Part shown: positions 44,077-53,331 of the stretch, piece by piece | How the letters are laid out: each line of letters begins with the position of its first letter | Numbering within the stretch: position 1 is the stretch's first letter | DNA from: a virus | DNA: 64,000 nt | Strand: one strand, 5' to 3' | IMG/VR virus record: IMGVR_UViG_3300045988_100778 | Coordinates: 41,345 to 105,344 of that record | Translations under genes and position numbers: made by a program | Notes under the pieces: generated by a model | The model's input: the letters and a program-made list of their open reading frames with translations, nothing else | Databases searched by the model: none | What the model was told of the DNA's origin: nothing

Positions 44077-46560
44077 ATGATAGTAAAAAATATTGAAATA
44101 AAGCGTCGGGCAAAGACCGTATTAGGGTCAATGCCCGATATAGATACCGACTTTCCCGGCAGAAGACGGGACGAAATAAAAGCTTACATGGAAGAACGGT
44201 TCGGCAAGGAGCAGGTTTGTTCGCTTGGCACCTATACTACCTTCCAATTAAAAGAGGCAATATCCGATATGGCGCGTGCAGACGGTATACCAGTACAGTT
44301 ATACAGATGGTTTACCGCTTGTATTGGAGATGATAAAGAAAAGACGATAGAAGAGTTTTTCAAGACTGTATGTGGGAAAGAGGACCTAAAGAAGTTTGTC
44401 AAGGAACATACAGAAACGTTTAATGATATGATGGTAATTCTTGGTTCGCCTAAAAGCCAGTCAGTGCATGCGTGCGGAACCGTAGTATTGCCGGACGGGA
44501 AAACATCCTATGAGTGGATGCCCGTACATACACAAAAAGGACTTGTGGTTACGGACTGGGAAGGTTCGGAAGTGGAAGAGGCAGGCTTCTTAAAAGAAGA
44601 CGTTTTGGGGATTATCCAGTTGGACAAGTTCGAGGAAATGTTACGCTTGATAAAGGAAAATCACGGAATAGACGTTGACATATACAGATTGCCTTTGGAC
44701 GATAAACAAGTATTCGAGTATGCAGGCAAAGGATGGCTGGGCGATGTTTTCCAGCTTGGTTCAGCCGGATTATCGGGATATTGTGTAAAGATGAAACCGG
44801 AAAACATAAACGAACTGTCTGCATGTGTAGCCCTCTATAGACCCGGACCTATGGAAAACAATTTTCACAATGAATATATTTTGCGGAAGAACGGGGAAAA
44901 GGACTGGACGGAAGAAATGCCTATAGGTGGGGAAGAAGTGGTGGAGAACACTTATGGGCTGATGTTGTTCCAGGAACAAATTATGTTATTTTGTCAAAAA
45001 TTAGCAGATTTTAACTTAGAGAAGTGTGATTCAGTTCGGAAAGTTTTAGGTAAAAAACTATTACAGAAAGCAAAGGAGTACGGGGATGATTTCGTGAACG
45101 GGTATGTAAAGAAGTACGGTTCTAAAGGAGTTACAAAAGAATATGCGGAAAATCTTTGGAAACAGATGGAGGAGTTTGCGAAATATTCGTTTAATAAGTG
45201 CTTGCATGGAGACGAGAAGATTTACCCTAATGAATTAACAATCAAAGAACTGTATGAAAAAGGAGTTGAGGACATTCCAGCAGTAACGATGGGAAAGTAC
45301 GGTGAATTTATTCCTACCAAAGTAAGGGGAATAAGATATGCAGGGAAACGCTTCATCTATAAGATACAAACGAGCGATGGGGCAACAGTGAGATGTTCCG
45401 GAAACCATAAATTCCCTACACCGGAAGGATATAAATACGCTTTCCTTTTAAGAAAGGGAGATGTGCTGTATACCTATAAACACGGAATGAGGGTAAATGT
45501 GGAAGTCGTTTTTGCTTATGTGATGGATGCGGAACCGACCTATGATGTTGAGATAGACCACCCGGAACATAACTTTGTCACTGGGGAAGGTGTCGTAACA
45601 TGTAACAGTCACTCCGTATGTTATGGTATGACCGCTTATATATGCCTATGGCTTAAAGTACATTATCCTATTGAGTATTGGAGTGCTACATTCTCGTTTG
45701 CGAAGGACGAAAAGATACCCTATTATGTAAACGAAATACAGCAGTCCGGTGAGATAAAGATACATCCGGTAGACATCAACAAGTCAGATGTAAATATCGT
45801 GTCCGATTACCGGACAAGCAGCATGTACTGGGCATTCAATGCAGTAAAGCAATGCGGAGAAAGGGCGCAGGAATATATATCGGAAGAGAAAAAGAAGAAT
45901 GGTCCGTTTTTCTCCTTGGAGGAATTTATAGACCGATGTGTGATTAAAGGCAGTCCGGTAAATAAATCTGTCATTGAGAACTTGACATTTGCAGGCGCAT
46001 TTGACGAATTAGAGAATATCCAGGAACCGAAAGACCGTTTGGCCCTTATTGAGATGTATCGAGAAAATAAACGGGTCAAAGTATTGGAGGATAAGGATTT
46101 ACTTACCAATATTATGAAAGTTCGTAAAGAACGCAATAACTGGTGGTGGTTGTTACAACAAAAAAGAACGTCCGGTTTTGCATTTTTTGATTATTATGAT
46201 TTGGTGAATGAATATCATATGCCTAAATTAGACGACGAAACGGAGTTCCAGGACGTGTCTCAGATAAAATTTTGGGACATAAATTCCAAGAAAACCCGTC
46301 GTGCCGTGATAGGCGGTTATGTAATTGAGATAATAGAGAGAAAAAGCAAGAAGGGTATATTTGCCACTATAGTATTGGAAAGTAATTATGAGTTTATAAA
46401 TGTAACTATTTTTCCAGAGTTGTTTGAAGAATACGGAGAGTTTTTAAGGGGTAGTAAAAAGAACATTTTGTTGGTTAATGGCGTGATTGTGTGGGATAAG
46501 TTCAGAGGAGAATATATTTTGCAGGCGAATGTTAATTCATTGTTTACAGTATTGACGTAA
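44077..46560 (+). CDS. dnaE: DNA polymerase III alpha subunit (DnaE-type), C-terminal part (palm catalytic motif, fingers, OB-like tail), containing a mini-intein
   Basis: After a 17-aa leader come SMPDIDTDF (the catalytic Asp motif), LKEDVLGI, ALYRPGP, and FNK|intein|SHSVCYGMTAYICLWLKVHYPIEY (the canonical GFNKSH motif). Confidence 0.85.
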   Translation: MIVKNIEIKRRAKTVLGSMPDIDTDFPGRRRDEIKAYMEERFGKEQVCSLGTYTTFQLKEAISDMARADGIPVQLYRWFTACIGDDKEKTIEEFFKTVCGKEDLKKFVKEHTETFNDMMVILGSPKSQSVHACGTVVLPDGKTSYEWMPVHTQKGLVVTDWEGSEVEEAGFLKEDVLGIIQLDKFEEMLRLIKENHGIDVDIYRLPLDDKQVFEYAGKGWLGDVFQLGSAGLSGYCVKMKPENINELSACVALYRPGPMENNFHNEYILRKNGEKDWTEEMPIGGEEVVENTYGLMLFQEQIMLFCQKLADFNLEKCDSVRKVLGKKLLQKAKEYGDDFVNGYVKKYGSKGVTKEYAENLWKQMEEFAKYSFNKCLHGDEKIYPNELTIKELYEKGVEDIPAVTMGKYGEFIPTKVRGIRYAGKRFIYKIQTSDGATVRCSGNHKFPTPEGYKYAFLLRKGDVLYTYKHGMRVNVEVVFAYVMDAEPTYDVEIDHPEHNFVTGEGVVTCNSHSVCYGMTAYICLWLKVHYPIEYWSATFSFAKDEKIPYYVNEIQQSGEIKIHPVDINKSDVNIVSDYRTSSMYWAFNAVKQCGERAQEYISEEKKKNGPFFSLEEFIDRCVIKGSPVNKSVIENLTFAGAFDELENIQEPKDRLALIEMYRENKRVKVLEDKDLLTNIMKVRKERNNWWWLLQQKRTSGFAFFDYYDLVNEYHMPKLDDETEFQDVSQIKFWDINSKKTRRAVIGGYVIEIIERKSKKGIFATIVLESNYEFINVTIFPELFEEYGEFLRGSKKNILLVNGVIVWDKFRGEYILQANVNSLFTVLT
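45199..45606 (+). other. 136-aa mini-intein in DnaE at the FNK/SHS site
   Basis: It starts CLHGDEKIYPNE. It has a block B-like CSGNHKF, a block F-like TYDVEIDHPEHNFV, and ends GVVTCN|S with Cys rather than His in the penultimate position. No endonuclease domain is present. Confidence 0.75.
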
Positions 46561-46572
46561 AATATTTTTGAT

Positions 46573-47103
46573 ATGAAAATTATGGTAGAAATCGGTACCA
46601 AGACCGTTGTTTTGGTATCACCGGACAAGGACGAGGAGATAGAACTCGATGATGTTACGACAATCAATTACTCGAATCTTTATGGAGAGGCGGTAACGGT
46701 ATCTGGATTGCTTAACAAGGTCGGTTTGATGAAAGTTGAATACGAAAAGAAAGCGAAGGAAGAGAAACTGTTTTGCGATGTATTTGCAGCTAATTTAAGG
46801 AAGAAATTAAGACGAGAAGCGGCTACGAATGGAGGAAGAATAACGATTGATGGAGAATCTTTTAAGCTGACTGAAAAAGGGTTGGAGGATGCTATATTAC
46901 TCAATGAACAGTATCAGAAAAATTTGATGAATCTTATTGAGATAGAATCGAAGAGAGACAAGTTAGACACCCTATTTTGGGCAGTACAAAGCAAGGACAA
47001 GAAACTTAACAATTTGTTACCAAAGATTGTACCGCAAGACTTTGAAAAAGAGCTTATTGAAGGAAAGATAAATACTTTTAAGATAGTAAAAACTGATTAT
47101 TAA
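46573..47103 (+). CDS. Hypothetical protein (176 aa), replication-module
   Basis: The ORF lies between the polymerase gene and the SSB-like gene. Confidence 0.5.
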   Translation: MKIMVEIGTKTVVLVSPDKDEEIELDDVTTINYSNLYGEAVTVSGLLNKVGLMKVEYEKKAKEEKLFCDVFAANLRKKLRREAATNGGRITIDGESFKLTEKGLEDAILLNEQYQKNLMNLIEIESKRDKLDTLFWAVQSKDKKLNNLLPKIVPQDFEKELIEGKINTFKIVKTDY

Positions 47104-47122
47104 TTTTTAAAAAATTTGTGTT

Positions 47123-48460
47123 ATGGCTTTTGATAGAAGTAAGTACAAAAAAGCGAGTGTAGAATCAATTGATGAAACAGTAGGAAAAGCAGCCGCAACA
47201 ATGAGCGGTGGTTTTGGACAAGGCGGCAGAGCCTCATTTTTTAATCTGAGCGAAGACGGAAGATATGTATTGCGCGTATTGCCGTCGTTGACAGGGAAAC
47301 CCTATATGCCGAGAAAGACGGTTAAACTTCCTATCGAATGTGCGGTATATGACAAGGACGGGAAAGACACCGGAAAGAAGGAAATCAGACAAAGAGACGT
47401 CTTTACTTCTGATATCCACAGCAACCGGATGAACGGTGAGGATGCAGTATTGACCTATATCAGTCATGTGTATAACCTGGCAAACGATATCCAGGACAAG
47501 GACGAGCGCGCAAAATTCCTCTATCCTATCAGCGGTTATCGCAACAAGCAGAAACAGTGGGTATGGGGCATGAAAGCCATGCTTAACTATGTGGCTTATG
47601 TATGGGCAGAAAACGACGTGTACCGTCTTGATTTGCGCCCGGATTGGTGGAAGAAAATGAAGAACATTTCTATGGAGCGCGCAGGCGGTTCTGACGATGG
47701 TATTATTAATCTTGACATCTTTTCTGACCCGGACGAAGGTTATCCGTTGATTGTCAATGTCACCACGGACGAAAACAAAAAGAAAAATTTTGACATTACT
47801 TGTGGTATGCCGGATGCTAATAAGCGCCAGACTTGGGACGATTTCTTTGCTAAAAACCGTGTATCAGACGAAGTGTTCGGTATCATGGAAGAATTGCCTA
47901 CCCTGGATGATATGTATGTAGATGTCTTTTCACGTAAAGACTGGGATATGCAGTTGGAAGGATTGGAAAGAATCGACGAGGAACAATCATACGGTATTTT
48001 CCAAGACGACGTATTCTTGAACAAGCTCGAAGAACTTGACAAGTTGGTTCCGGAAGAGGACGAAATCAAGGAAAAGAAAGCTCCTAAGAAAGCCCCCGAG
48101 ACAAAGAAGGTGAAAACGGAGGAACCGAAAGAAGAGCCAACAAAGACGGAAAAGAAGACAGGCGGTTATCCTACATTAACGAACCTCAAAAAAGAACTCC
48201 GTGCCTACATTGCCGATAACTACGAAGACAAGGAATTACCGGAAGAGTTGACCGTAGCCGAACTCCGTAAATGGTACGACATTGCACAGGAAGGTGGCGA
48301 ACTGCCTTTTGAGGATTACGAAGAGCCGGAAAATGAAGAACAAGGAGCGGCAGACCCAGAACCGGAAGATACGGCAGTTGAAGAAAGGGAAGCATCAGCA
48401 AGCGTTCCTAATTCCATTGCGTCGCGCTTAAGAAACTTGAAAGCAAGAACTTCAAAATAA
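47123..48460 (+). CDS. Possible gp32-like single-stranded DNA-binding protein
   Basis: EDGRYVLRVLPS resembles the T4 gp32 GQAVIRFLPS segment. It has a long acidic C-terminal tail (EDYEEPENEEQGAADPEPEDTAVEE) and a replication-module context. Confidence 0.4.
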   Translation: MAFDRSKYKKASVESIDETVGKAAATMSGGFGQGGRASFFNLSEDGRYVLRVLPSLTGKPYMPRKTVKLPIECAVYDKDGKDTGKKEIRQRDVFTSDIHSNRMNGEDAVLTYISHVYNLANDIQDKDERAKFLYPISGYRNKQKQWVWGMKAMLNYVAYVWAENDVYRLDLRPDWWKKMKNISMERAGGSDDGIINLDIFSDPDEGYPLIVNVTTDENKKKNFDITCGMPDANKRQTWDDFFAKNRVSDEVFGIMEELPTLDDMYVDVFSRKDWDMQLEGLERIDEEQSYGIFQDDVFLNKLEELDKLVPEEDEIKEKKAPKKAPETKKVKTEEPKEEPTKTEKKTGGYPTLTNLKKELRAYIADNYEDKELPEELTVAELRKWYDIAQEGGELPFEDYEEPENEEQGAADPEPEDTAVEEREASASVPNSIASRLRNLKARTSK

Positions 48461-48485
48461 AGTAATATATAATTACCTCACACAA

Positions 48486-48508
48486 GGAAGGGTAATTTCT
48501 ACCCTTCC
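48486..48508 (+). terminator. Terminator-like hairpin
   Basis: A 9-bp perfect stem GGAAGGGTA/TACCCTTCC has a 5-nt loop and a T-rich tail. Confidence 0.55.
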
Positions 48509-48523
48509 ATTATTCCTATTATT

Positions 48524-49144
48524 ATGAAAAATCTTTACAGAATAATTCTCATTTCGGGGATGATAATAATACTCATATTGTTATTCTTATCTATCAAGAA
48601 AGCAAGGGAGAATGAAAGGTTGTTATATGAAGTGGAATTTTATACCGATTCCTTAAACAGATACACAAAGGTTTACAATTCCGAAAGTTTTTCTAAATTG
48701 AAAAAAGAAAACAAAGAATTATACAACCGATTGAAGGAAAAGGAAGCACTTGTAGAGGCAGTGGAATTTGAATGGAAATACAAGTACGAAGGACTGGAAA
48801 GGGAGGTTTCCGAATTGAGGAAAACGGACAGCCTCTATACATTCAAGGAAGAAACCGATACGGTAGGATATGATTTGCAAGTATGGGCTACACACCTGGC
48901 AAAGTATAAGATTAACTTCAATATAACCAACAAATTTTTATTGACAAACCAGCGTATAGGGGACAGTAACCGTATGGAGATAACTTCCCAGTTGCCCGGA
49001 AAGATAGGTGATGTTACAATGTGGACGAAACCGGATAAAAAGAAAAGATTCGGGTTCGGGGTGTCGGTAGGTGCCGGATATGGAGTATTCAACAAGGATT
49101 TTGACGTGTTTGTGGGATTAAGTGGAACATATATAATTTGGTAA
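48524..49144 (+). CDS. Membrane-anchored protein (N-terminal TM helix, coiled-coil, Gly/aromatic-rich C-terminus)
   Basis: The N-terminal TM helix is IILISGMIIILILLFLSI. The C-terminus is GFGVSVGAGYGVF...GTYIIW. Confidence 0.5.
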   Translation: MKNLYRIILISGMIIILILLFLSIKKARENERLLYEVEFYTDSLNRYTKVYNSESFSKLKKENKELYNRLKEKEALVEAVEFEWKYKYEGLEREVSELRKTDSLYTFKEETDTVGYDLQVWATHLAKYKINFNITNKFLLTNQRIGDSNRMEITSQLPGKIGDVTMWTKPDKKKRFGFGVSVGAGYGVFNKDFDVFVGLSGTYIIW

Positions 49145-49148
49145 GATT

Positions 49149-49352
49149 ATGTTTGTACAGATAAACAATAAGAGGATAAAGATTACCTCTATCAGCAGAT
49201 ACAATGACGAGGGATATTCACAGTCAACCAAGAAGTTCAGAATAGCTTTGAAAATATCCAATGTCTGGGAAAGCTTCTATTTTGACAAGGAAGTAGAGAA
49301 AGATAATGTTTTGAAAAATCTTGACAATACATTAAAGGTAACTGCATTATGA
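49149..49352 (+). CDS. Hypothetical protein (67 aa)
   Basis: The ORF has an ATGA overlap with the next gene. Confidence 0.45.
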   Translation: MFVQINNKRIKITSISRYNDEGYSQSTKKFRIALKISNVWESFYFDKEVEKDNVLKNLDNTLKVTAL

Positions 49353-50377
49353 CCGGGAAAATGATAATAAGTACAGACTGGCATTTGAAGCCGTCCAATA
49401 TCGAAGAAATAACGGAATTGCAAAGGCAGGAATTGAACGTAGCGGAAGACAACGGTATAACCAATCATGTGTGGCTTGGCGATATATTCGATTCCCGTAT
49501 ATCACAGAGACAAGATGTTTTAAATGCTTTTTCTTCTATTCTCGATATGTATGCAATGAGGGGTCATAAAATATATTGCATTCCAGGAAATCACGATAAG
49601 AGCGATTATAGTTCGGACAGGTCGTTTTTGGACGCTTTTAAATACCATAAAGGGTTCAGATTAATTACCGGACTGGACGCTTTCGGGATAGGCGGTATAT
49701 TCTGCTATTTTATGCCGTTTTTCGATAATGTGATTTGGTTAAAAGAAATGAAAGATGTACTAAAGGAAAAAGACCATAAGACGCATGTACTATTTACTCA
49801 TATCGCATTTCAAGGAAGTAGGAATAATGACGGTAGTGAGGTGGAAAGCGATATAAAACCCTCTCTGTTTAAAAACTTTGGTATGGTGTTTTCCGGGCAT
49901 TATCACGATACCCAGGAGATAGGAAAGAATATCGTGCACTTGGGAAGCATCACCCAGAACAATTTCGGAGAAGACGATAAAAAGGGGTTCTGGTTATTGG
50001 ATGATGATTTGACCTATGCGTTTATTCCGTCAAAAGGGAAACGATACAGAAAGGTTACTGTAAACCTGGAAAATACGACATTCAAGCAAGCCGACAAGAT
50101 TGTAAAGGATTTTCAGAAGAAAAACAAGGAAGATTTTGTGCGCGTGGAATTCGTAGGTACGAAAGATGCAATTTCCTCCATTGACAAGGAAGAGTATAGA
50201 AAGCTTGGTGTGGATGTCAAAGTTAAGTCCGTAGAACTGGAAACGGAAGAGGTGGAGACAGCAGAAGAAATCAAAGCTTTGTCCGGTTCCGATATTGCAG
50301 AAAAATTCAAGGAATTTTGTAAACAAAATGATTACTCCTATAATGAAGGAATGGAAATTTTAAAGGAGGTGTTATAA
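49349..50377 (+). CDS. sbcD: Mre11/SbcD-family nuclease (T4 gp47-like)
   Basis: The calcineurin-like phosphoesterase motifs are present: STDWHL, LGDIFD, IPGNHD, FTHIAF and SGHYHD. Confidence 0.85.
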   Translation: MTGKMIISTDWHLKPSNIEEITELQRQELNVAEDNGITNHVWLGDIFDSRISQRQDVLNAFSSILDMYAMRGHKIYCIPGNHDKSDYSSDRSFLDAFKYHKGFRLITGLDAFGIGGIFCYFMPFFDNVIWLKEMKDVLKEKDHKTHVLFTHIAFQGSRNNDGSEVESDIKPSLFKNFGMVFSGHYHDTQEIGKNIVHLGSITQNNFGEDDKKGFWLLDDDLTYAFIPSKGKRYRKVTVNLENTTFKQADKIVKDFQKKNKEDFVRVEFVGTKDAISSIDKEEYRKLGVDVKVKSVELETEEVETAEEIKALSGSDIAEKFKEFCKQNDYSYNEGMEILKEVL

Positions 50378-51348
50378 TGGGATTGGAAGAATTATTTGGA
50401 AGAATAGAAAAGCGCTTCGGAAAGGAAGCGGTAGTAGGCAACGATATAAAGGTAGACACTGTGTCTTCCGGCAGCATGGCATTAGATGAAATATTGGGAG
50501 GCGGTTTTGCGCTTGGAAGAATACACGAAATATACGGAGGATTTTCGAGCGGCAAAAGCTCTGCGGCATTACATCTAAGTGCGTCTATACAAAAAACACT
50601 TGGAAAAGCGGTGGGTTATGTGGATACGGAACAAGCGCTTGACCTGGAATACGCAAAAGCGCTTGGAGTTGATTTAAGCCGCGACAAGTGGATAATGTCA
50701 CAGCCGGATAGTGCGGAACAGGCGCTTGAAATCGTGCGTGAGATGCTGGAGGTGCCGGATATCGGATTGGTGGTGCTTGATTCGGTTGCCGGATTGGTGC
50801 CGGAAGCTGTTTTACAGGGTGAGGCAGGAGATGCAAAGATAGCGCTTGTTGCGCGTCTTATGTCACAGCAGCTAAGTATCTTAAAGAATGTATGTAAGAA
50901 AAACGGAAACATCCTCCTATGTATCAATCAGACGAGACAGAAAATCGGGGGTATGGGATTCGGCCCTACAACAACCACACCAGGAGGCGAAGCACTTAAA
51001 TTCTATGCCACCCAAAGAGCGGAATTTGCCCGTATAGGCACGGAAAAGACCGATGGAGTGGCAACCGCCAACAAGACACAAATAAAGGTTGTAAAGAATA
51101 AGATTGCACCCCCTTTCCGTGTATGCCAAGTAATGTTAGAGTACGGTGTAGGATTCGATACGGTACAAGAGCTTATAGATATGTCCATAAGAGAGGGTAT
51201 TTGCTCTAAAAAGGGTGCTTGGTTTTACTATGGCGAGACCCGGTTAGGACAGGGAATGGATAACGCTAAAAAAGCGTTATTGAATAAGGATTTGTTTAAT
51301 GAAATTAAAAATAAATTGATAGATACGTTATGTACCCCGAAAGATTGA
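50377..51348 (+). CDS. recA: RecA-family recombinase
   Basis: VSSGSMALDEILGGGFALGRIHEIYGGFSSGKSSAALH includes the Walker A. VVLDSVAGLVP is the Walker B. INQTRQKIGGMGFGPTTTTPGGEALKFYA is L2-like. All of these align by eye with bacterial RecA. Confidence 0.9.
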   Translation: MGLEELFGRIEKRFGKEAVVGNDIKVDTVSSGSMALDEILGGGFALGRIHEIYGGFSSGKSSAALHLSASIQKTLGKAVGYVDTEQALDLEYAKALGVDLSRDKWIMSQPDSAEQALEIVREMLEVPDIGLVVLDSVAGLVPEAVLQGEAGDAKIALVARLMSQQLSILKNVCKKNGNILLCINQTRQKIGGMGFGPTTTTPGGEALKFYATQRAEFARIGTEKTDGVATANKTQIKVVKNKIAPPFRVCQVMLEYGVGFDTVQELIDMSIREGICSKKGAWFYYGETRLGQGMDNAKKALLNKDLFNEIKNKLIDTLCTPKD

Positions 51349-53330
51349 TATTAAGAAATTTTTTGTCATTTGAAGAACTTGATTACACCTTTACAAAAGA
51401 AACTTTGGGTGTGACTGGGGAGAACCGGACAGAGGAAGACCAGCTAACGAACGGAGTGGGGAAGAGCACTATCGCACAAGGATTGTTCTACGCGATATAT
51501 GGCGTTAATCTAAGAGGAAAGGAAGACAAGAAACTGATACGTAAAGGTACGAAAGAAGCCTATACTAAAGTTGAAATATTTTGTCAAAAACGGAAAGAAA
51601 CACTGATAATTGAGCGTACAATTCCGTTGAAAAGTTCTTCCAAAGTATCACTGACCCTAAAGAAAGATGATGTGGAGACACCCGTAACGGTAGCTACTGT
51701 GTTGGACGCGAATAAATACGTGATTAACTGGATTGAGATTACACCGGAAGATGCCAAGTCCTATTATATCGTAACCAAGGGTAATTATTCGTCTTTTTTT
51801 CGTTCGTCCAATACGGAGAAACTTGCCTTGATAAGTCGCTTTGTCAATTTCTCCAATATTGACAAGACAAAAGGCGTGATTTCCGAAAAAGTCGGAATAT
51901 TGGAACAAGAATTGCACAAAGAAGAATGCTTGAAAAATGTTGCGGAAGGCAAGAAACAAGCCTATGAGGAACAGATACAGCAAGTGTTAAGCGAAGACCC
52001 GGAAGAAAAGAAAAAGGGTATTATAGGTGAGATTCAGTCAGAAATATATTCTTTACAAATTCTTAACGAAGACCTTGTAAGGATGCGCATTCCTAAAGCA
52101 GAAAAGAACATTGAAAATGTAGACAAGGATATTGAAGACCTTGTAAAGTTAAAAGAAGATGTAAGCAAAGAACTTGAAAGTTTTGATATGGACGTTTACA
52201 AGGACACCTATAAAGAAATAGACACGGGAATAGCCGGGTTAAGGAAAGACAAGTCAAACAAGGAAGAAAGGCGTAAAGATTACGCATTGAAATTAGCTGA
52301 TTATGAGAAGAAATTACAGAAGGTTGAAGTATTGCTTTCTGGCGTCATTGTGTGCCCTAACTGCAATCATAAGTTTTTTATGGATGCTGACAAGGATTTT
52401 GAAGAACTGGAGGCTGACAAAGAGGCTTATAAAACAGCCATTGACAAGAATACGGTAAAGAAAAATGAATATGAAACCTCTATTAATGAACTGGAAGACC
52501 TTATCTCCCAATACCAGGATGTAAGGAAGGAAACGGAGGAGGAAGAACGCAAATTGCGTGTCCGTCGTGGAAAGGTGGTTGACAAGCTGATGGAGGTGGA
52601 AGACCGTATAAGGGAGTTTGAACGTGAGAAGAAAGGATATGAAAATTCTATTGTAAAAATGCGTTCAGAAGTCGAAACAAACCGTTCTCTCATTGATTCC
52701 AAGACCAGGTATATAGAGGAGTTGAAAAAGCAAAAAGCAGAAAGACCATCTATCAAAGACCAGGAAAAGGCGATAGAAAAACTTTCCAAGGACATAGAGG
52801 AAGGCAATAAAAAAATTCTTGACAAGAAAAACGAGATTTTCAAAGTACAGCAATGGGATAGCCGTTTTAAAGACTTTAAGATGTATCTGGCAATGGAGCA
52901 GATAAAGAATATCCAAAGCGCGGCCAATGATGTACTAAAGAAAATGAAAAGCGATTTGCGTCTGATGATTGAAGGTTTCAAACGGAACGCGAACGGAACA
53001 TTGAAAGAGGAGATAACACCCTATGTTTTCCGTGATGAAATGGAAAGCTTTTTCTTCTATTCGGGCGGTGAACAGGCACGTGTGGAAGTGGCTCTTATCA
53101 TTGCTATACAAAGTATGATTAACGCGACAAAACAGTACGGAGGTATGGATTTCTTACTGTTGGATGAAGTGCTGGAAAGCAGCGATTCCCTGGGTATAGA
53201 GAATATAATAGCTTCTACAGAGTTTCTGAAACAATCGATATTGATTGTTACGCATGTACCAAAACTCAATGACGAGATAAAACAATTGAAAGTAATCAAA
53301 GAAAACGGAATATCAAGACTGGAGGTGTAA
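51330..53330 (+). CDS. sbcC: Rad50/SbcC-family ATPase (T4 gp46-like)
   Basis: The Walker A is NGVGKSTIAQG. A long coiled-coil contains a CPNC zinc-hook-like motif. The signature motif is SGGEQARVEVAL and the Walker B is LLLDEVLESSD. Confidence 0.85.
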   Translation: MYPERLILRNFLSFEELDYTFTKETLGVTGENRTEEDQLTNGVGKSTIAQGLFYAIYGVNLRGKEDKKLIRKGTKEAYTKVEIFCQKRKETLIIERTIPLKSSSKVSLTLKKDDVETPVTVATVLDANKYVINWIEITPEDAKSYYIVTKGNYSSFFRSSNTEKLALISRFVNFSNIDKTKGVISEKVGILEQELHKEECLKNVAEGKKQAYEEQIQQVLSEDPEEKKKGIIGEIQSEIYSLQILNEDLVRMRIPKAEKNIENVDKDIEDLVKLKEDVSKELESFDMDVYKDTYKEIDTGIAGLRKDKSNKEERRKDYALKLADYEKKLQKVEVLLSGVIVCPNCNHKFFMDADKDFEELEADKEAYKTAIDKNTVKKNEYETSINELEDLISQYQDVRKETEEEERKLRVRRGKVVDKLMEVEDRIREFEREKKGYENSIVKMRSEVETNRSLIDSKTRYIEELKKQKAERPSIKDQEKAIEKLSKDIEEGNKKILDKKNEIFKVQQWDSRFKDFKMYLAMEQIKNIQSAANDVLKKMKSDLRLMIEGFKRNANGTLKEEITPYVFRDEMESFFFYSGGEQARVEVALIIAIQSMINATKQYGGMDFLLLDEVLESSDSLGIENIIASTEFLKQSILIVTHVPKLNDEIKQLKVIKENGISRLEV

Positions 53331-53331
53331 A

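Noticed and set aside
52427-52981. A 184-aa minus-strand ORF antisense to the Rad50-like coiled-coil region
   Set aside because: The Lys/Glu-rich coiled-coil coding sequence (AAR/GAR) gives a stop-poor antisense frame. The product is Ser/Phe/Leu-rich low-complexity sequence.
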